A stretch of 64,000 bases of DNA from Callorhinchus milii (lineage: Eukaryota), in the NCBI RefSeq assembly GCF_018977255.1, contig NW_024704743.1, positions 32,862,001-32,926,000 of the forward strand. Direction: 5' to 3'. Both the position numbers and the translations under genes were made by a program. A model generated the notes under the pieces. It was not told the DNA's origin. It did no database searches and saw only the letters and a list, made by a program, of their open reading frames with translations. How positions within the stretch are numbered: position 1 is the first letter of the stretch; every line of letters starts with the position of its first letter. Shown one piece after another: positions 52,901-64,000 of the stretch.

Positions 52901-55900
52901 TTGAACTGTATCCTCTGTGTGATGGGAAGCCAGTGAAGTCAGACAAGGATGGCGTGAAAGGGTCACGGAGCCTGGTGCGGGTGAGGACATGGGCTGCAGA
53001 GTTCTGAATGATCTACAGCATATGTGTGGTGTAGATGTGGCGGAGCCGGGCGATGTTGCGGAGGTCGGGGAAGGCAGAGTGGGTCACGGCATGGATGTGG
53101 GGTAGAAAGGATCGTTGAGGGTCAAACAAGATGCCAAGGTTCCAGTCTGGCTCGGTGAGGAGGAGCGTGCAACCATGGATGGTAATGCTGTCGGCGCCTG
53201 AGGTGAGGAGGCACTGACGGGAGCCAATCAGGAGAGTTTCGGTCTTGTTGACGTTCAACTGTAGAAAGTTAGCTCTCATCCAGGACTTGATGTCTGACAG
53301 ACGTCCTGTCAGGACAGCGGTGATCATCAAGTGACATTAGCAGGAACCTGATGACCCAGAAGTTGGTTATTTTACCTTTCCCATGCTACAAATGATGGCC
53401 AATTTCAATCAGGTCACTGCTGATATCACTTGCAGCTATGTGCGCGCTTAGCAAGCAGAAAGTGATGTCAGCAGCAACTTGATGACCTGGAAGTCAGCAT
53501 TTATGAGTGCAGGAAGTGAGCTGGCCACTTGTATGTGAACTGAAACCAGCTATTATTCCCCATTATTGTAAGCATTTTACGGACCCAACTATCACCTGAT
53601 AACAAAGATCCACGGTATTAGAGGCTGACTTCATAAGTATCAGAAGACACTTTGCTCCCATTTTGAGCACTGCTTTTGATGATTCTATGTCGTATTTGAA
53701 AATGAAAAATCAAGCTTCTTTGGAAAAAAATTACACGACTGACTACCTAGAATATTGCAATGTACAATTCAAGATAATCTAATGCAGTTTTCTATCAGTC
53801 TTGACACACAGTATATTAACTATTCAAAGTGGCAATTATTACTTAGTTAATGGAACTTATATGATGGAAAGTACTTCTTCTGAATGCTAAGATCACATAA
53901 GTGATGGAAGGGGTAGTAGGTTTTAGACTGAGAGGTAGAGAGAGAGCGAGAGAGAGAGATGGCCAATCAAGAATATTAAGAGACTGACCTCGCCAAGTCA
54001 TTGAGGTCCAGGCGGCCATTTTTGTTTCTGTCAAAGAATTTCATCTGAAAGCAAACAGAAGCAAGTCTCAAGCTGTGGCCTTGTGACCAACCTACAACAA
54101 TATCAACAACAAATTACATTTGTATAGCTCCTTTCACATTACATCTACAACAAAATTACATTTATAGAGCGTCCTTCACATTGGGAGGACGTCCCAAGGC
54201 TCCGGACAGTTAGGGGTCAGGACCCGAGCATAGGGGAAGGGTGACGTAGGGGTGAGGGAAGGCAGAGAGGTGGGAGGGCAATTGAAGGCGTGATCGATAA
54301 GGAGGGTCTTGAGACCGGCCTTGAAGGAGGCAAGGGAGTAAACAAAGAGTAGGGACTGTGGGATGGAGTTCCAGAGTGTGAGGGCAGAGAGGCTGAAAGC
54401 CTGGCCAGTGATGGTAGGACGGGTTGGGCGGACGACATGGAGCAGGCCGGATTCTGATGAACGGAGGGAGCGGGCAGGTTGGTAGGGAGTCAGCAGGTCA
54501 GAGAGGTAGGAGGGGGCAAGGCCATGGATGGCCTTGAAAGTGAGGATGAGGATCTTGAATTCGATCCTCTGAGGGATGGAGCCAGTGGAGTCGGGTGAGG
54601 ATGGGAGTGATGGTGTCACGGAGCCTAGTGTGCGAGAGTACACGAGCTGCAGAGTTTTGGATGATCTACAGCTTGTGAAGGGAAGAGTTGGGAAGGCCGA
54701 TGAGGAGGGAGTTTCCATAATCGAGCCTTGATGTGACGAATGCGTGGGTGAGGGTTTCGGCAGCCTGAGGTGTGAGGCAGTGGCGGAGTCTGGCATTGTT
54801 GTGGAGGTGGTGGTAGGCAGTGTTGATCATGGAGAGGATGTGGGTGAGAAAGGACAGTTCAGGGTCAAACAAGATATCCAGGTTCCAGGACGAGGAGGCA
54901 GAGGGATCCCAGGTCACACATGGTCAGGATGTCATTTGTGACCTTGACCATAGCAGTTTCTGTGCTGTGGGCTGCATGGAAATCCAATTGGAGGGGCTCA
55001 TGGAGGGAGTGGGAGGAGAGAAAAGAGCGAAGTTGGGAGGTGACGGCTCTCTCAAGGACCTTAGACAGAAAAGGGAGATTTGAGATGGGCCGGTAGCTGG
55101 ATAGCTGTGATGGGTCAAGGGAAGGTTTCTTCAAGGTAGGGGTGATAGTGGCTGTTTTGAGGGGAGTAGGAACAGTGCCAGATGACAGGGAGAGGTTGAT
55201 GATGTCGGCGAGTAGTGGAGCAAGGAGGTGGAGCTGGGATTTAAGGAGAGGGGTGTTAGGAGGACATCCCAATGTGCTGGACATTCAAGGATTTGCATCT
55301 GAGCTGGGGATTGGAATAAGGAGGGTGGAGGGCAGGGAGGGCAGGGGTAGGAGGGTGACCAAAGGCATGGTCGAAGCGGAAGGTCTTGAGACTGGCCTTG
55401 ACGGAGACAAGGGAGGAAGTGAAGTGAAGGGACTGTGGGGTAAGGGCAGAAAGGCTGAAGACCTGACCGCTGATGGTGGGGTGGGTAGGTCAGGGTACAT
55501 GGCGCAGGTCAGATCCCACTGACTGGAGGGAGTGGACAGGTCAGTATGGAGTTAGCAGGTAGGGCACAGAAGTAGGGAACTCTGTGGATTGTTTTGTTAC
55601 TCCAACATCACTCCTAAATTAGGTCAGGCAGTCATCTGGAACAATAGTCCTGGAACAAGAAGCTTCTAGAACTGAATTTTATACGCAAGCACAAAAACTA
55701 ACTGGTAATTTATAAACCATTGTTAAAATAAATCAAACCGTGAAATAAGAACAATCTTGAATTGCCCCCAAGCAATCAACCAATGTGTTAATGCTGATAC
55801 TCGATTGATGGCCTGTTTTTTGTTATACAATGTTCTTTTTTAAAACACTAAACTCATTTTGTACTCAAAGGTGAGGGACCTAACTATTTCAGAATTGAGC

Positions 55901-58900
55901 ACTTTCAGGTCAGGTGCACCCTATCTTAGATATAGAATATTACAACATGTTGCATATATAGGGCAAATATAATGCAGGGCAATGTCGTGAAGTGCCCAGA
56001 GATTAAAGATTCAGCTGCTTGACCTCAAAAGAGCGCTTACTAAAGCAGCAGTGTGACTGTTCCCATTTCCCATGCTAGCCATCCTCCAGTGATCACTCTC
56101 ATGAGGAGCTAAATTGACAGTGTCTACAAGATGCAATTTTGGGTGGGTAGAAAGACTAGAGGGAATAAGTCAAGACGAATCCTGTCCTCCCCCAATCCCA
56201 ATCTCCACACATGCCCGTATACAGCCAGAGTTCTTAGATGTCTTAGAAAGCAGTAATCCAGCCTCCTTTCCTCTCCTTAACTTGTGCTTTTACAATCCCC
56301 TTTCCTACCGCCATAGCTGAGATGAGCAAAATCATCATAGATCAGAATTAAAGGCTGGGCTCTAAGTGGGATTAATGGACGGATTAGATTAACGCCATAA
56401 TGTGTATGTTGTGCTTAACCACCAGGCTACCAGGGAAGCTAGCAATGTGTTCAATATGAACTGTTATTTCTGCCTTCCTCACCCAAATGCAAATTCCTAG
56501 CAGTCAGTTTTTCTCCACTAAAACACTTGTGTCAAGATACATTACTGACTGAAACAAGACAAGAGTGACCTTTGAATCGTTCACCATTTGCCTATTTAAG
56601 AAGGTAAATGAACACAATGCCCAAGAAAAATGAGTAAAACGAATGAACATCTGAGCAGAGATCCGTGACGAGATCATGTTCTGCAAATTGCAATTCTTAC
56701 ATCTAAGAGGATCAAAGCGACTTCTTTGTGCGAATTGGCTAAAGATTATACGAGTATAAAGGTGCAGTAATGCTCACCATTGTATCCGTGTACTCATCCA
56801 ACTTGGGCTCTGCAATCACCTTCTTGTGCTGAATGAACAGGTCTCGCAGGAAGTTCTGTTTGTTGCAACCAGAACAAAAATGAAATATTTGTTTTAACAC
56901 GCAGCTTCATTATTCTCTGGCATATTTAGTATCCAAAAAAGGCAGAACGCAACAATTTTCCATTCTGGAAAACACAAGGCTTCATTTTAAAGCAGCGATC
57001 GAGACTCAGCAATGAGACAGCAGTGATGCAGTCCCCAAAGGAGGTGGGATTGCATTACCCAGTCACGCGTAAATGATTGGATTCAATTGCAATGAGAAAT
57101 GCCCTTCTCAGATCAGGTATGAAAACTGTGAGAAGTGGTGGCCAAAGGTTTAGCTTTTAAGAAATGCACATTAGATTTGCTTGTTCGGTATTTTGTGTGG
57201 CTGTGATTCTCATCAAGGAAGTTACTGACAACAGAATTGAGGAGAAAAACTGAGGCCGGGCACTGGGATGGGACAGAAAATAGAAGCCAAAGGAATTAAT
57301 CCAGGCAATGCTCACTACCAACCCCTGCATTGCCCACACACACTCTCTCTTTACACTCCCCAACCCTGATACTGCCCCTCCCCACCACAGACACACACAC
57401 ACACACACACACACAAATGCACATGTACTATTTCCGATCTCAATGATTGAATGAATCTTGGTTCATCACTCAATGAATGACTGAAAGACTTACCCGGAGT
57501 TCAGAAGCTGAAATATATCCACTGCTGTCTGCATCATATTTACGCCAAAACTGCAAAAGATAACAAAGGATACGTACAGGATAAGATAGCCATGATATGA
57601 AGTGACAGCCTCTTGAAATAACATCCGATATGATGAGATATATTCCCAATTTACTATTAATAAACAACGTTCCTATTACTTTGTGCGTAAGTTCATAGAA
57701 ATTCCCCTCAATCATTCTTCTCACACAATTAACTCACTAAACTAAAAGAGACCAATTGGTCCGTTCAGTCAGTTTCATCAACATACAACACACAACCTGG
57801 TTTCTATTGCTTCATTACATGGATATCCACAGTGTAGTTCTCAGGTTCCTAATTTTTGAATTTCCAAAGTTAAAATAAATTACTCCTCTTGAAGTGGTAG
57901 CGTTACTGGCAATTTGCTGCTGGCAAAAAAGCTCACAACTAAAACAGCATTTTCTGCAGGGATACCCTCGGTAAGTCTCATGACTCCCGAGACTTGTGAT
58001 CCTAGGTCAAGGTGATGTACAAGGAATTCCCTGCTGAAAACAACCTGTGTTACGAGGCTCCAGTTCTGTCTCCAGGTCTTACCTCTTGTCAACCTCTGTT
58101 TAATACTCTCTGGTATTAGGTAAGAGGAGTGTGTCTCCCTCCAGTGAGAATGTGCGCCTTCCATTCCAGACATGGAAATTTCCAAGTATAGGTGACATAC
58201 ATACGTGGAACTTTTCTAGTTTCGATAATCTTTAACCATGGCAATAGCTTTCCTCAATTAGTGGATGAAAAAGCAATTTCAATGCACATCACAAATTTTG
58301 CAGTGAAGTGCAATACCACACAGTCTCAGGCAGACCAACTGAAGTGTATTGGACCCTTTTGCACTTGTAACTCTCATCTTACATGCTCTCAAACCCCTTG
58401 AGGTTGCTGTGGCTTTGATCACAACCCTGGTTTACTCCGAGGGACAAACTCCACAGCTTTGGCAGTTTTGCAGCAATTTAAGTATCATCCAAACACATTA
58501 CAGAGATGAGTTCTGCCATGTGGTTTATCATAAGATAAATAAGGTCCCAGACTGGCCTCAGTAGATTTTATCTTACCCGCATAAACTCCACGCTATTATC
58601 CAATGGAGTCTCTCGGCGGAAGAGCAGAAGGAAGTGCTCATCCTCTGGTAGGATCATGTTTGCCAACTGCAGAAACAGAGACTGAAGGTCACACCATGAA
58701 CATCAACTATCTTCAATATCTTTTACACATGAATGATTCTGTGACTAGGGCTGAGATATCTTACCACACTGTGGTACCACTTGCAGCAACTGACCTCAGG
58801 GAAACGTGCAAGGATACATGTGCATGACATATGATGAGAGGTTGAATCGATTACGTCCCTGTCAGTTTCCCTGCTGCTTCCATCGTCAGCCCTGACCTTA

Positions 58901-60234
58901 GAGTTAATATTGTAAGTTAGACAAGGTGGCTCTGTTTGCTGTGGAAGTTGTTGCTGTCAGTCTGCCTCGAAAGACAAGCATTGCAAGGTAAACCATGGAA
59001 GGAAGATGGCCATTCCTCACACCAGTCGCCTTGGCAACTGTGCGCAATTGGCAGACGCTTTTCGCCCACAAATATACGGTCAATTCACTTTACAATATAT
59101 TCTATAAAGCGCTTTGAGACGTCTAGAAGACGTGAAAAGCGCTATATCAAACGCAAGGATTATTATTATTATTATTGGGCTATTTGAGATGAATGGATTA
59201 CGTGACTATCCTAGATTCTGTGTTTTAGTAGTCAGGGAAAATCTTTGGAGACCTTCTTCCCCCGTCTCTAGGAGATAATGAATGGGTTGATAGTGAAGGT
59301 AGGGTAGGTTTGCATTGTCTGTGTAAGGAGTGGGCTTAATGGAGCTTTTTCTCGGAAAGTGGGCAGATAGTTCAGAATTAATTACTTTCCATATAGAATG
59401 ACACAGATGTGCAGTGGGCTTCCCAGGGAGGCTGTGGAGGTAGATTGTGTCAGCAAATTCAGGAGTTATTCAGTTAATTGGCAAATAATCACCTGAGCAG
59501 TCTGGGAAGGAATTATTATTCCCGGAAAATCTATCCGCCAATCGACAACGACTGGATTCCTACTTATTGCTAGATGAACAGAGTTGTATGGAGTAAGGAA
59601 ACGTGCCCAACGTTTCGCCCTGCCAGGAATTGAACCCAGGTCCTCTCGCTTGCAAGGCGAGTGCTCTAACCACTGAGCTACAGGATTCCAGATTAATGCT
59701 TTTGTGTTTAATGCGGCTGTGTTTACTTGCAGGAGAACTGGGAAATTCAGGCTGATAATCGAGCAGCAAGTAATCTTGCTTCATTCAGAGCAACTGCTGA
59801 AGAATCTATCCCAGACAGCATGTCAGTACTCTATTGTATTGTCCTGTGAGCACAGGACACAGGACAATACGGTCCATCATTCCCAGATTCAACATAATTT
59901 CGACTGTGAAAATAGGCATTCATGGAGGGTGGTAGTCAGAGAGACAGAAAGAGAGAGGAAGAGAGATCACACAAGCGTCACATTGCGGCCAATATAAAAG
60001 GTAGTGAGAGAAAGAGACAAAACATGAATACACACTGACTTTTTAAAAATAGGGGCATTGATAGTGAGACTATTTTTAAGTGCAAGACTTGCACGATATT
60101 AGATATATATGCGCCCGGGCACCGCTCGCGAAAATCTTCACCTCCTGTATCTGTAGTCTTCCATCGGCAGTGACGTCATAGACGGACATAAAACGCTCCT
60201 TTATTTTCTGCACCTTCCCTGCACTCAGGTCATC
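43826..60234 (-). CDS. SCGN: Secretagogin (hexa-EF-hand calcium sensor), 5'-partial spliced CDS: join(complement) 60142-60234, 58577-58666, 57494-57550, 56778-56855, 53989-54044, 50991-51036, 48508-48567, 46466-46534, 43826-43954
   Basis: Nine GT-AG exons (93, 90, 57, 78, 56, 46, 60, 69, 129 nt = 678 nt) splice in frame to [225 protein letters not shown]. This matches vertebrate secretagogin as I recall it, including exon sizes. Exons 1-2 not seen in the window. Confidence 0.97.
45146..45474 (+). mobile_element. tRNA-derived SINE, short form (SCGN intron 10)
   Basis: Intact head, core and (TTA)n tail; short flanking repeat aact. Confidence 0.92.
45918..46266 (+). mobile_element. tRNA-derived SINE, variant head (SCGN intron 10)
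   Basis: Head tagtgtagtagttagcgcgttcgcctcgcagcaagaggacccgggttcgattt, followed by the same body and tail. Confidence 0.85.
46466..46534 (-). CDS. SCGN: SCGN exon 10 equivalent ([23 protein letters not shown]; completes EF-hand 5)
   Basis: cag|AGT...AAG|gtgagt; 69 nt; visible in ORF 46295..46552. Confidence 0.96.
48508..48567 (-). CDS. SCGN: SCGN exon 9 equivalent ([20 protein letters not shown])
   Basis: tag|GCC TGC...GTG|gtaagt; 60 nt. Confidence 0.95.
48607..48759. repeat. Near-perfect inverted repeat (74-bp arms, 5-nt spacer, 1 mismatch)
   Basis: 48607-48680 is the reverse complement of 48686-48759 except one base. Confidence 0.97.
49071..49163. repeat. Imperfect inverted repeat (43-bp arms, 7-nt loop); MITE-like or pre-miRNA-sized hairpin
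   Basis: agaggggaagttgaatatatgtgcaacttccagaatagcagaa / ttcttctattctggaggttgcactcacattcaatttcccctct. Confidence 0.85.
50815..50921. repeat. TG-rich degenerate microsatellite
   Basis: Interrupted (TG)n and T tracts. Confidence 0.9.
50991..51036 (-). CDS. SCGN: SCGN exon 8 equivalent ([15 protein letters not shown])
   Basis: aag|G ATT CTG...GAC|gtaagt; 46 nt; completes the split Arg codon from exon 7; CTAAC branch-point-like motif about 27 nt upstream. Confidence 0.93.
52600..53325 (-). mobile_element. L2 LINE 3' fragment (SCGN intron 7)
   Basis: [21 protein letters not shown]...NLGILFDP...LRNIARLR plus tail. Confidence 0.92.
53989..54044 (-). CDS. SCGN: SCGN exon 7 equivalent (EF-hand 4, [12 protein letters not shown])
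   Basis: cag|ATG AAA TTC TTT GAC...GCG AG|gtcagt; 56 nt, phase-2 end. Confidence 0.95.
54095..55545 (-). mobile_element. Tandem L2 fragments (SCGN intron 6): internally deleted copy 54145-55250 plus a second 3' end 55250-55545 and an extra tail 54095-54140
   Basis: [66 protein letters not shown]. Confidence 0.93.
56778..56855 (-). CDS. SCGN: SCGN exon 6 equivalent ([26 protein letters not shown])
   Basis: cag|AAC...ATG|gtgag; 78 nt. Confidence 0.95.
57391..57415. repeat. (CA)n microsatellite
   Basis: Direct reading. Confidence 0.95.
57494..57550 (-). CDS. SCGN: SCGN exon 5 equivalent (EF-hand 3, [12 protein letters not shown])
   Basis: cag|TTT...CGG|gtaagt; 57 nt; visible in ORF 57470..57724. 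Confidence 0.96.
58050..58260 (-). repeat. Unclassified interspersed repeat, family X, copy 4 (SCGN intron 4)
   Basis: ccattccagacatggaaatttcc and [19 protein letters not shown] match copy 3 (ccattccagacacagggaaatttc; AYLIPKSNRYKLAQANAWR). Confidence 0.65.
58577..58666 (-). CDS. SCGN: SCGN exon 4 equivalent ([30 protein letters not shown])
   Basis: Translated by hand; cag|TTG...CGG|gtaag; 90 nt; not in the ORF track. Confidence 0.95.
59035..59175 (+). mobile_element. SINE 3' half
   Basis: Deu-like core end plus a well-preserved tail. Confidence 0.85.
59508..59689 (-). mobile_element. SINE 5' half (tRNA head and central region)
   Basis: Reverse complement of the long-form head. Confidence 0.85.
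60142..60234 (-). CDS. SCGN: SCGN exon 3 equivalent (EF-hand 2, loop [12 protein letters not shown])
   Basis: CAG acceptor (plus ctg 60235-60237), GT donor (plus ac 60140-60141), 93 nt; peptide visible in ORF 60076..60279. Confidence 0.93.
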
Positions 60235-61149
60235 CTGTGAAAGCCAAGTAGCACACGCAGGTGTTAGAATCCATTCCATTTACCAAGCCTACCCATGCAT
60301 GATTTTCCAACTGAGTTCTAATTCGATAAAGGCTTTGGAGATAAGATCGTCTTTCTAAACAAGCAGCACTGTGTTAAGTGTGACCAATCTTCAGAGAACT
60401 ATTTATAGCAGCACATCAACATCAGCTACTGCTGCACTGATACATTGTGACATCTCGCAAACAAACAACCATTACGTGGGCCACAGAACTAAAATTGTTT
60501 GGATTTGGCTGTGAATGAGTTCCCTGGGCTTGCAGTCACACAAAGGATTCTCCACTGTCCTCATTCTGATATTCGTTTCCCAGTACTTATTGATATAGAC
60601 AATTCAAAGGCAACATTCATTCTGGTCTGAAATGCTGTAAATGCTCCTTGGGACGTCCTCCCGACATGAAAGGCGCTATACAAATGTAATATTGTTGTTG
60701 TTGTTGGTGGTGGTCTTCTCTTTTATTTGTGTGTGTGTACCTGTATGTCTGTGTCTCTGTGTAGATGTGTGTGTCTGTCTGCCTGTGTACACAACCATAT
60801 CCCATCAATTCTATAGCTTTCTTAGGCCGCCATTCTAACTTCACATAACCCTCTGTATGAAGAAATAGGTTAGGATCTTACTTCCAACTGGTTTTGCTCC
60901 ACTTTGAAGATTTACCCTTGAATTGGATTCCTCTAGCAGAAATGTATTCCGCATCAGGGATATGTTAATTCCCTTCATTATTTTAAGTCCTTCAATACGA
61001 TCACATCTTAACCACCTCAGCTTTTAGGAAATAGACTCCTGAAATCTCTCACAATTTTAGGCATGTCTCCATCTATCAAAAGGAAGCTTGTGGCAAACTG
61101 CAATTAAGAATTAAGAAAGAGCTCTGCACCCATAATATTTTTTAAGATC

Positions 61150-61538
61150 ACAAACAAAGGGAATGAGGGATGAAGTTCCAGAGTGTAGGGGCAGAGAGCG
61201 CAGAAGGCTTGACCGCTGATGGTGGGGTGGGCTGGGTGGGGGACATGAAGCAGGCCGAGCCTACTGAGCAAAGGGAGCGGACAGTTTGATAAGGGGTTAG
61301 TAGGTCGGAGAGGTAGGAGGGAGCAAGGCCGTTGAGGGTCTTGAAGGAGACAATGAGGATTTTGAACTCAATCCTCTGAGGGATGGGGAGCCAGTGGAGC
61401 GAAGATGGGTATGATGAGGACACAGAGCCTGGTGTGGGAGAGGACATGGCTGCAGAGTTCTGGATGATCTGCAGTTTGTGGAGGGAAGAGCTGGGGAGGC
61501 CGACAAGCAGGGAGTTGGCATAGTCAAGCCTAGATGTT
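61150..61538 (-). mobile_element. L2 LINE fragment
   Basis: ITSRLDYANSLLVGLPSSSLHKLQIIQNSAA...[15 protein letters not shown]. Confidence 0.92.
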
Positions 61539-61560
61539 ATTTGATTTAGCACCTTTCACT

Positions 61561-61788
61561 CCTAATAATAATTCCTCAAGAAAACAATAATAAATTGGTC
61601 ACTTCAATCCGCGACTGTTTGTGGGACGCTGCTGTGTGCAATTGGCTGCCGCGTTTCGCCCACAAATATACAGTTAATTCACTTTACAGTATATTCTGTG
61701 AAGCGCTTTGAGACATCTTCTAAACTGTCCGCTCCCTTTGCTCAGACGTGATAAAGCGCTATATCAAATGCAAGGATTATTATTATTT
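61561..61788 (+). mobile_element. SINE 3' portion carrying a 24-nt foreign insert in its tail stem-loop
   Basis: Core and tail intact except for the insert at 61722-61745. Confidence 0.88.
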
Positions 61789-64000
61789 TTGTAGCAATTC
61801 ACAGAATTTAATAATAATACTTGCATTTGATATAACACCTTATCACTTCTTCAAGATGTCTCAAAGCACTTCACAAAATATTGTGTAAAGTGAATTGACT
61901 ACATTTTGTGGGAAAATTTACTGTAAAGTGTAGGGATTGTGTATTTGTTTTGCTCTGAGAGATCAGTAAAGTTGTTCCAGTTGCCAGTTTATCAAAAACA
62001 CAGATGAATTTTTTGAGCTGGAATGGAAGCTTTGCAAAAACAAATTTTCTGGGGAATTCAGTCTTTATCCGAGGCAATTGATTAAATTATACAGCTATAT
62101 GAAATCCACACATTCAGGGATATATTATAGAAGCGATGTCTGAAAATAACTTTGTGTCAGTTGTACATTTAGAAATCTAAACAAATTGGCTATTTAAAAG
62201 CTAATAAGCAGCGTGGCATTCACAACCTGAATGAAATTAATTAGTCCAAAATTGATAGATGGAATTAGCTGGAGGTTGAATTCATTTTGGATTGTGATAG
62301 TTTTTGAGCACTGTGAGTAAATTGATCTTCCTTTTGTTGTGATGAGTCATAAAAATGAGAATAAAGAGTGTTTTGTGTTCACGATCACACAGCCCTCTAG
62401 TTGGAGTCTTTATAATAATACAATACAAAGTTACATTTATAAAGCGCCTTTTACATCAGGAGTCAGATGGTGATGCAGTTTAATGTAACATAGTGGGATA
62501 CATATCAAAGTGTACTTTTTACCACATACCAATCACAGTACACTTTGGATGTAGAGTACTTGGGAATACATTCTAAATGGGGAGGCACATTTATTTGAAT
62601 TTATAGTGAATTAATAGCAGACAGCAATTAGGAATGACAAACCTGGTTAGTTTTCCCCCACTGGAGTATTAAAGTTACTTATATCCTGTCTCCTTGAAAT
62701 AACATAATATGACTTGACATAACATTTCTTAGCTTAGTCACTCACATTCACTCTCAGCAGCAAAGCTCACTTTTCTTCCTATCAGATGACCCCATTATAG
62801 CCCTAATCTAGAGTTAAACAGTGTGTTTCTAAGTGCTCCGAGACACTACACCATGTGACAGGCCCTATAGAAATGGAAATAGGAGCTGCTGGTTTTTCCC
62901 TCCCCACCATGTGTTGAATACAAAACCTCTGCACCCATAACAGCAGCTACACAAAGTAAATTTCAACAATCTGCCAACAGAGAAAATAATATAAAAGCCA
63001 GCAAACCTGTGCCAGACTCACTATAAGCAGTAACCCAGCATTCCCATGTGTGTTGAATACTATCACAAGGCGCGAGGTTCAGACAACTGTGTAAATGGAC
63101 AGCACATTGAATAGATTCACAAAGACAAACACCTGCAGCTGCCATTTTATTGCACTTCTCTCAGTCTGACACACATAGCCTGTTACCCTTCCTCGGCATC
63201 TAACAATGGGTTTCAAGTTGAGGGGTGCAAATGTTTCAATCAGACCCCATAACTTTCAGAGCAAACCAACTAGAAATAGACCCATACCAAGCGCTGATAG
63301 ACTCCCAGTCTGATTAAGAACAGTGACACAAAGTTAATGATAAACCCTGAATAGAAATATAAGGGCAATGGCAGAGCTGTGGGTGGGCATTTCACTTGTT
63401 GAAGCTCAATAGGGTAGAACAGCCTCCACATTAAACAAATTGGAACTGGTGCAAGTTCACATGCACATTAAGGCTGTGGTTACTTGGCGAGATCCCAACC
63501 CATTGTTGTTGTAGATGAAGGAGACAATGTTCTGTAGTTTTAAACGTGTCACTGATTTATTCTAAGCTCAGTTGTAAACTAAGTTACAATTCATTTTTAT
63601 TGCCCTCCTGACGAGAAGTAGATTGGAACCACCATATTCCCATGGAATAAACTAACACTTTCTGATGCTCTGTGAGTGGAAGGGCTTAGATTGAATTCTG
63701 CCAAATTTAGAGCCACTGTGCCCCTGCTCTCTGGAACTCTCTCAAAATCTCTTTGCCTCTCACAACCTTCAATACTCTCGACTATGTCTTCAGTTACCAT
63801 CCACAAACCTCCCTCCCTCTCACTCTTCACACTTTGCAAATACTTTGTAATGTTATCTTATGAAAGGTGCTATGCAAGTCTATGTTGCTGTTGTGCTGAG
63901 GTACAGAGACAGATTATAGTCAATTTCAATTCAATTGTACTTGATAAAATCTACTAAAACTATCTTATTCGGATGAGGCATTAAACTTAGGTCCAATCAG

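Noticed and set aside
59035..59689. Opposite-orientation SINE halves as one SINE split by an inversion
   Set aside because: The halves are not contiguous in the consensus and no shared TSD was seen; independent fragments are equally likely at this SINE density
60171..60178. Perfect CRE palindrome TGACGTCA
   Set aside because: It lies inside the SCGN coding exon (Y-D-V-T codons) and is explained by the protein sequence
60240..64000. SCGN exons 1-2 and promoter
   Set aside because: No segment encoding an EF-hand 1-like GYIEGKELD peptide with splice sites was found; presumably outside the window

Overview
Vertebrate genomic DNA, most likely from a cartilaginous fish. This is inferred from the repeat content (Deu-domain tRNA SINEs with L2-type tails, abundant L2 and CR1 LINE fragments); a holocephalan such as Callorhinchus is plausible but not verified. 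The only protein-coding gene I can support is secretagogin (SCGN, hexa-EF-hand Ca2+ sensor) on the minus strand. Nine exons, equivalent to human exons 3-11, lie between 60234 and 43826. All have GT-AG boundaries and splice in frame to 225 aa plus stop. Exons 1-2 were not found and probably lie beyond 64000. The remaining ~43 kb appears to be intergenic and is dominated by decayed mobile elements: L2, CR1, several SINE subfamilies, a dead hAT transposase, a hAT MITE with an 8-bp TSD, and possible Penelope, Nimb/I and Harbinger relics. Most ORFs in the track are chance ORFs or retroelement remnants. I found no convincing new multi-gene system. The most interesting observations are a near-perfect 74-bp-arm palindrome 40 nt from the SCGN exon 9 acceptor, a second pre-miRNA-sized hairpin in the same intron, a 24-nt inverted templated insertion copied from a neighbouring L2, an unclassified coding-like repeat family present four times, and covarying LINE/SINE 3' stem-loops. 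TE boundaries are approximate.
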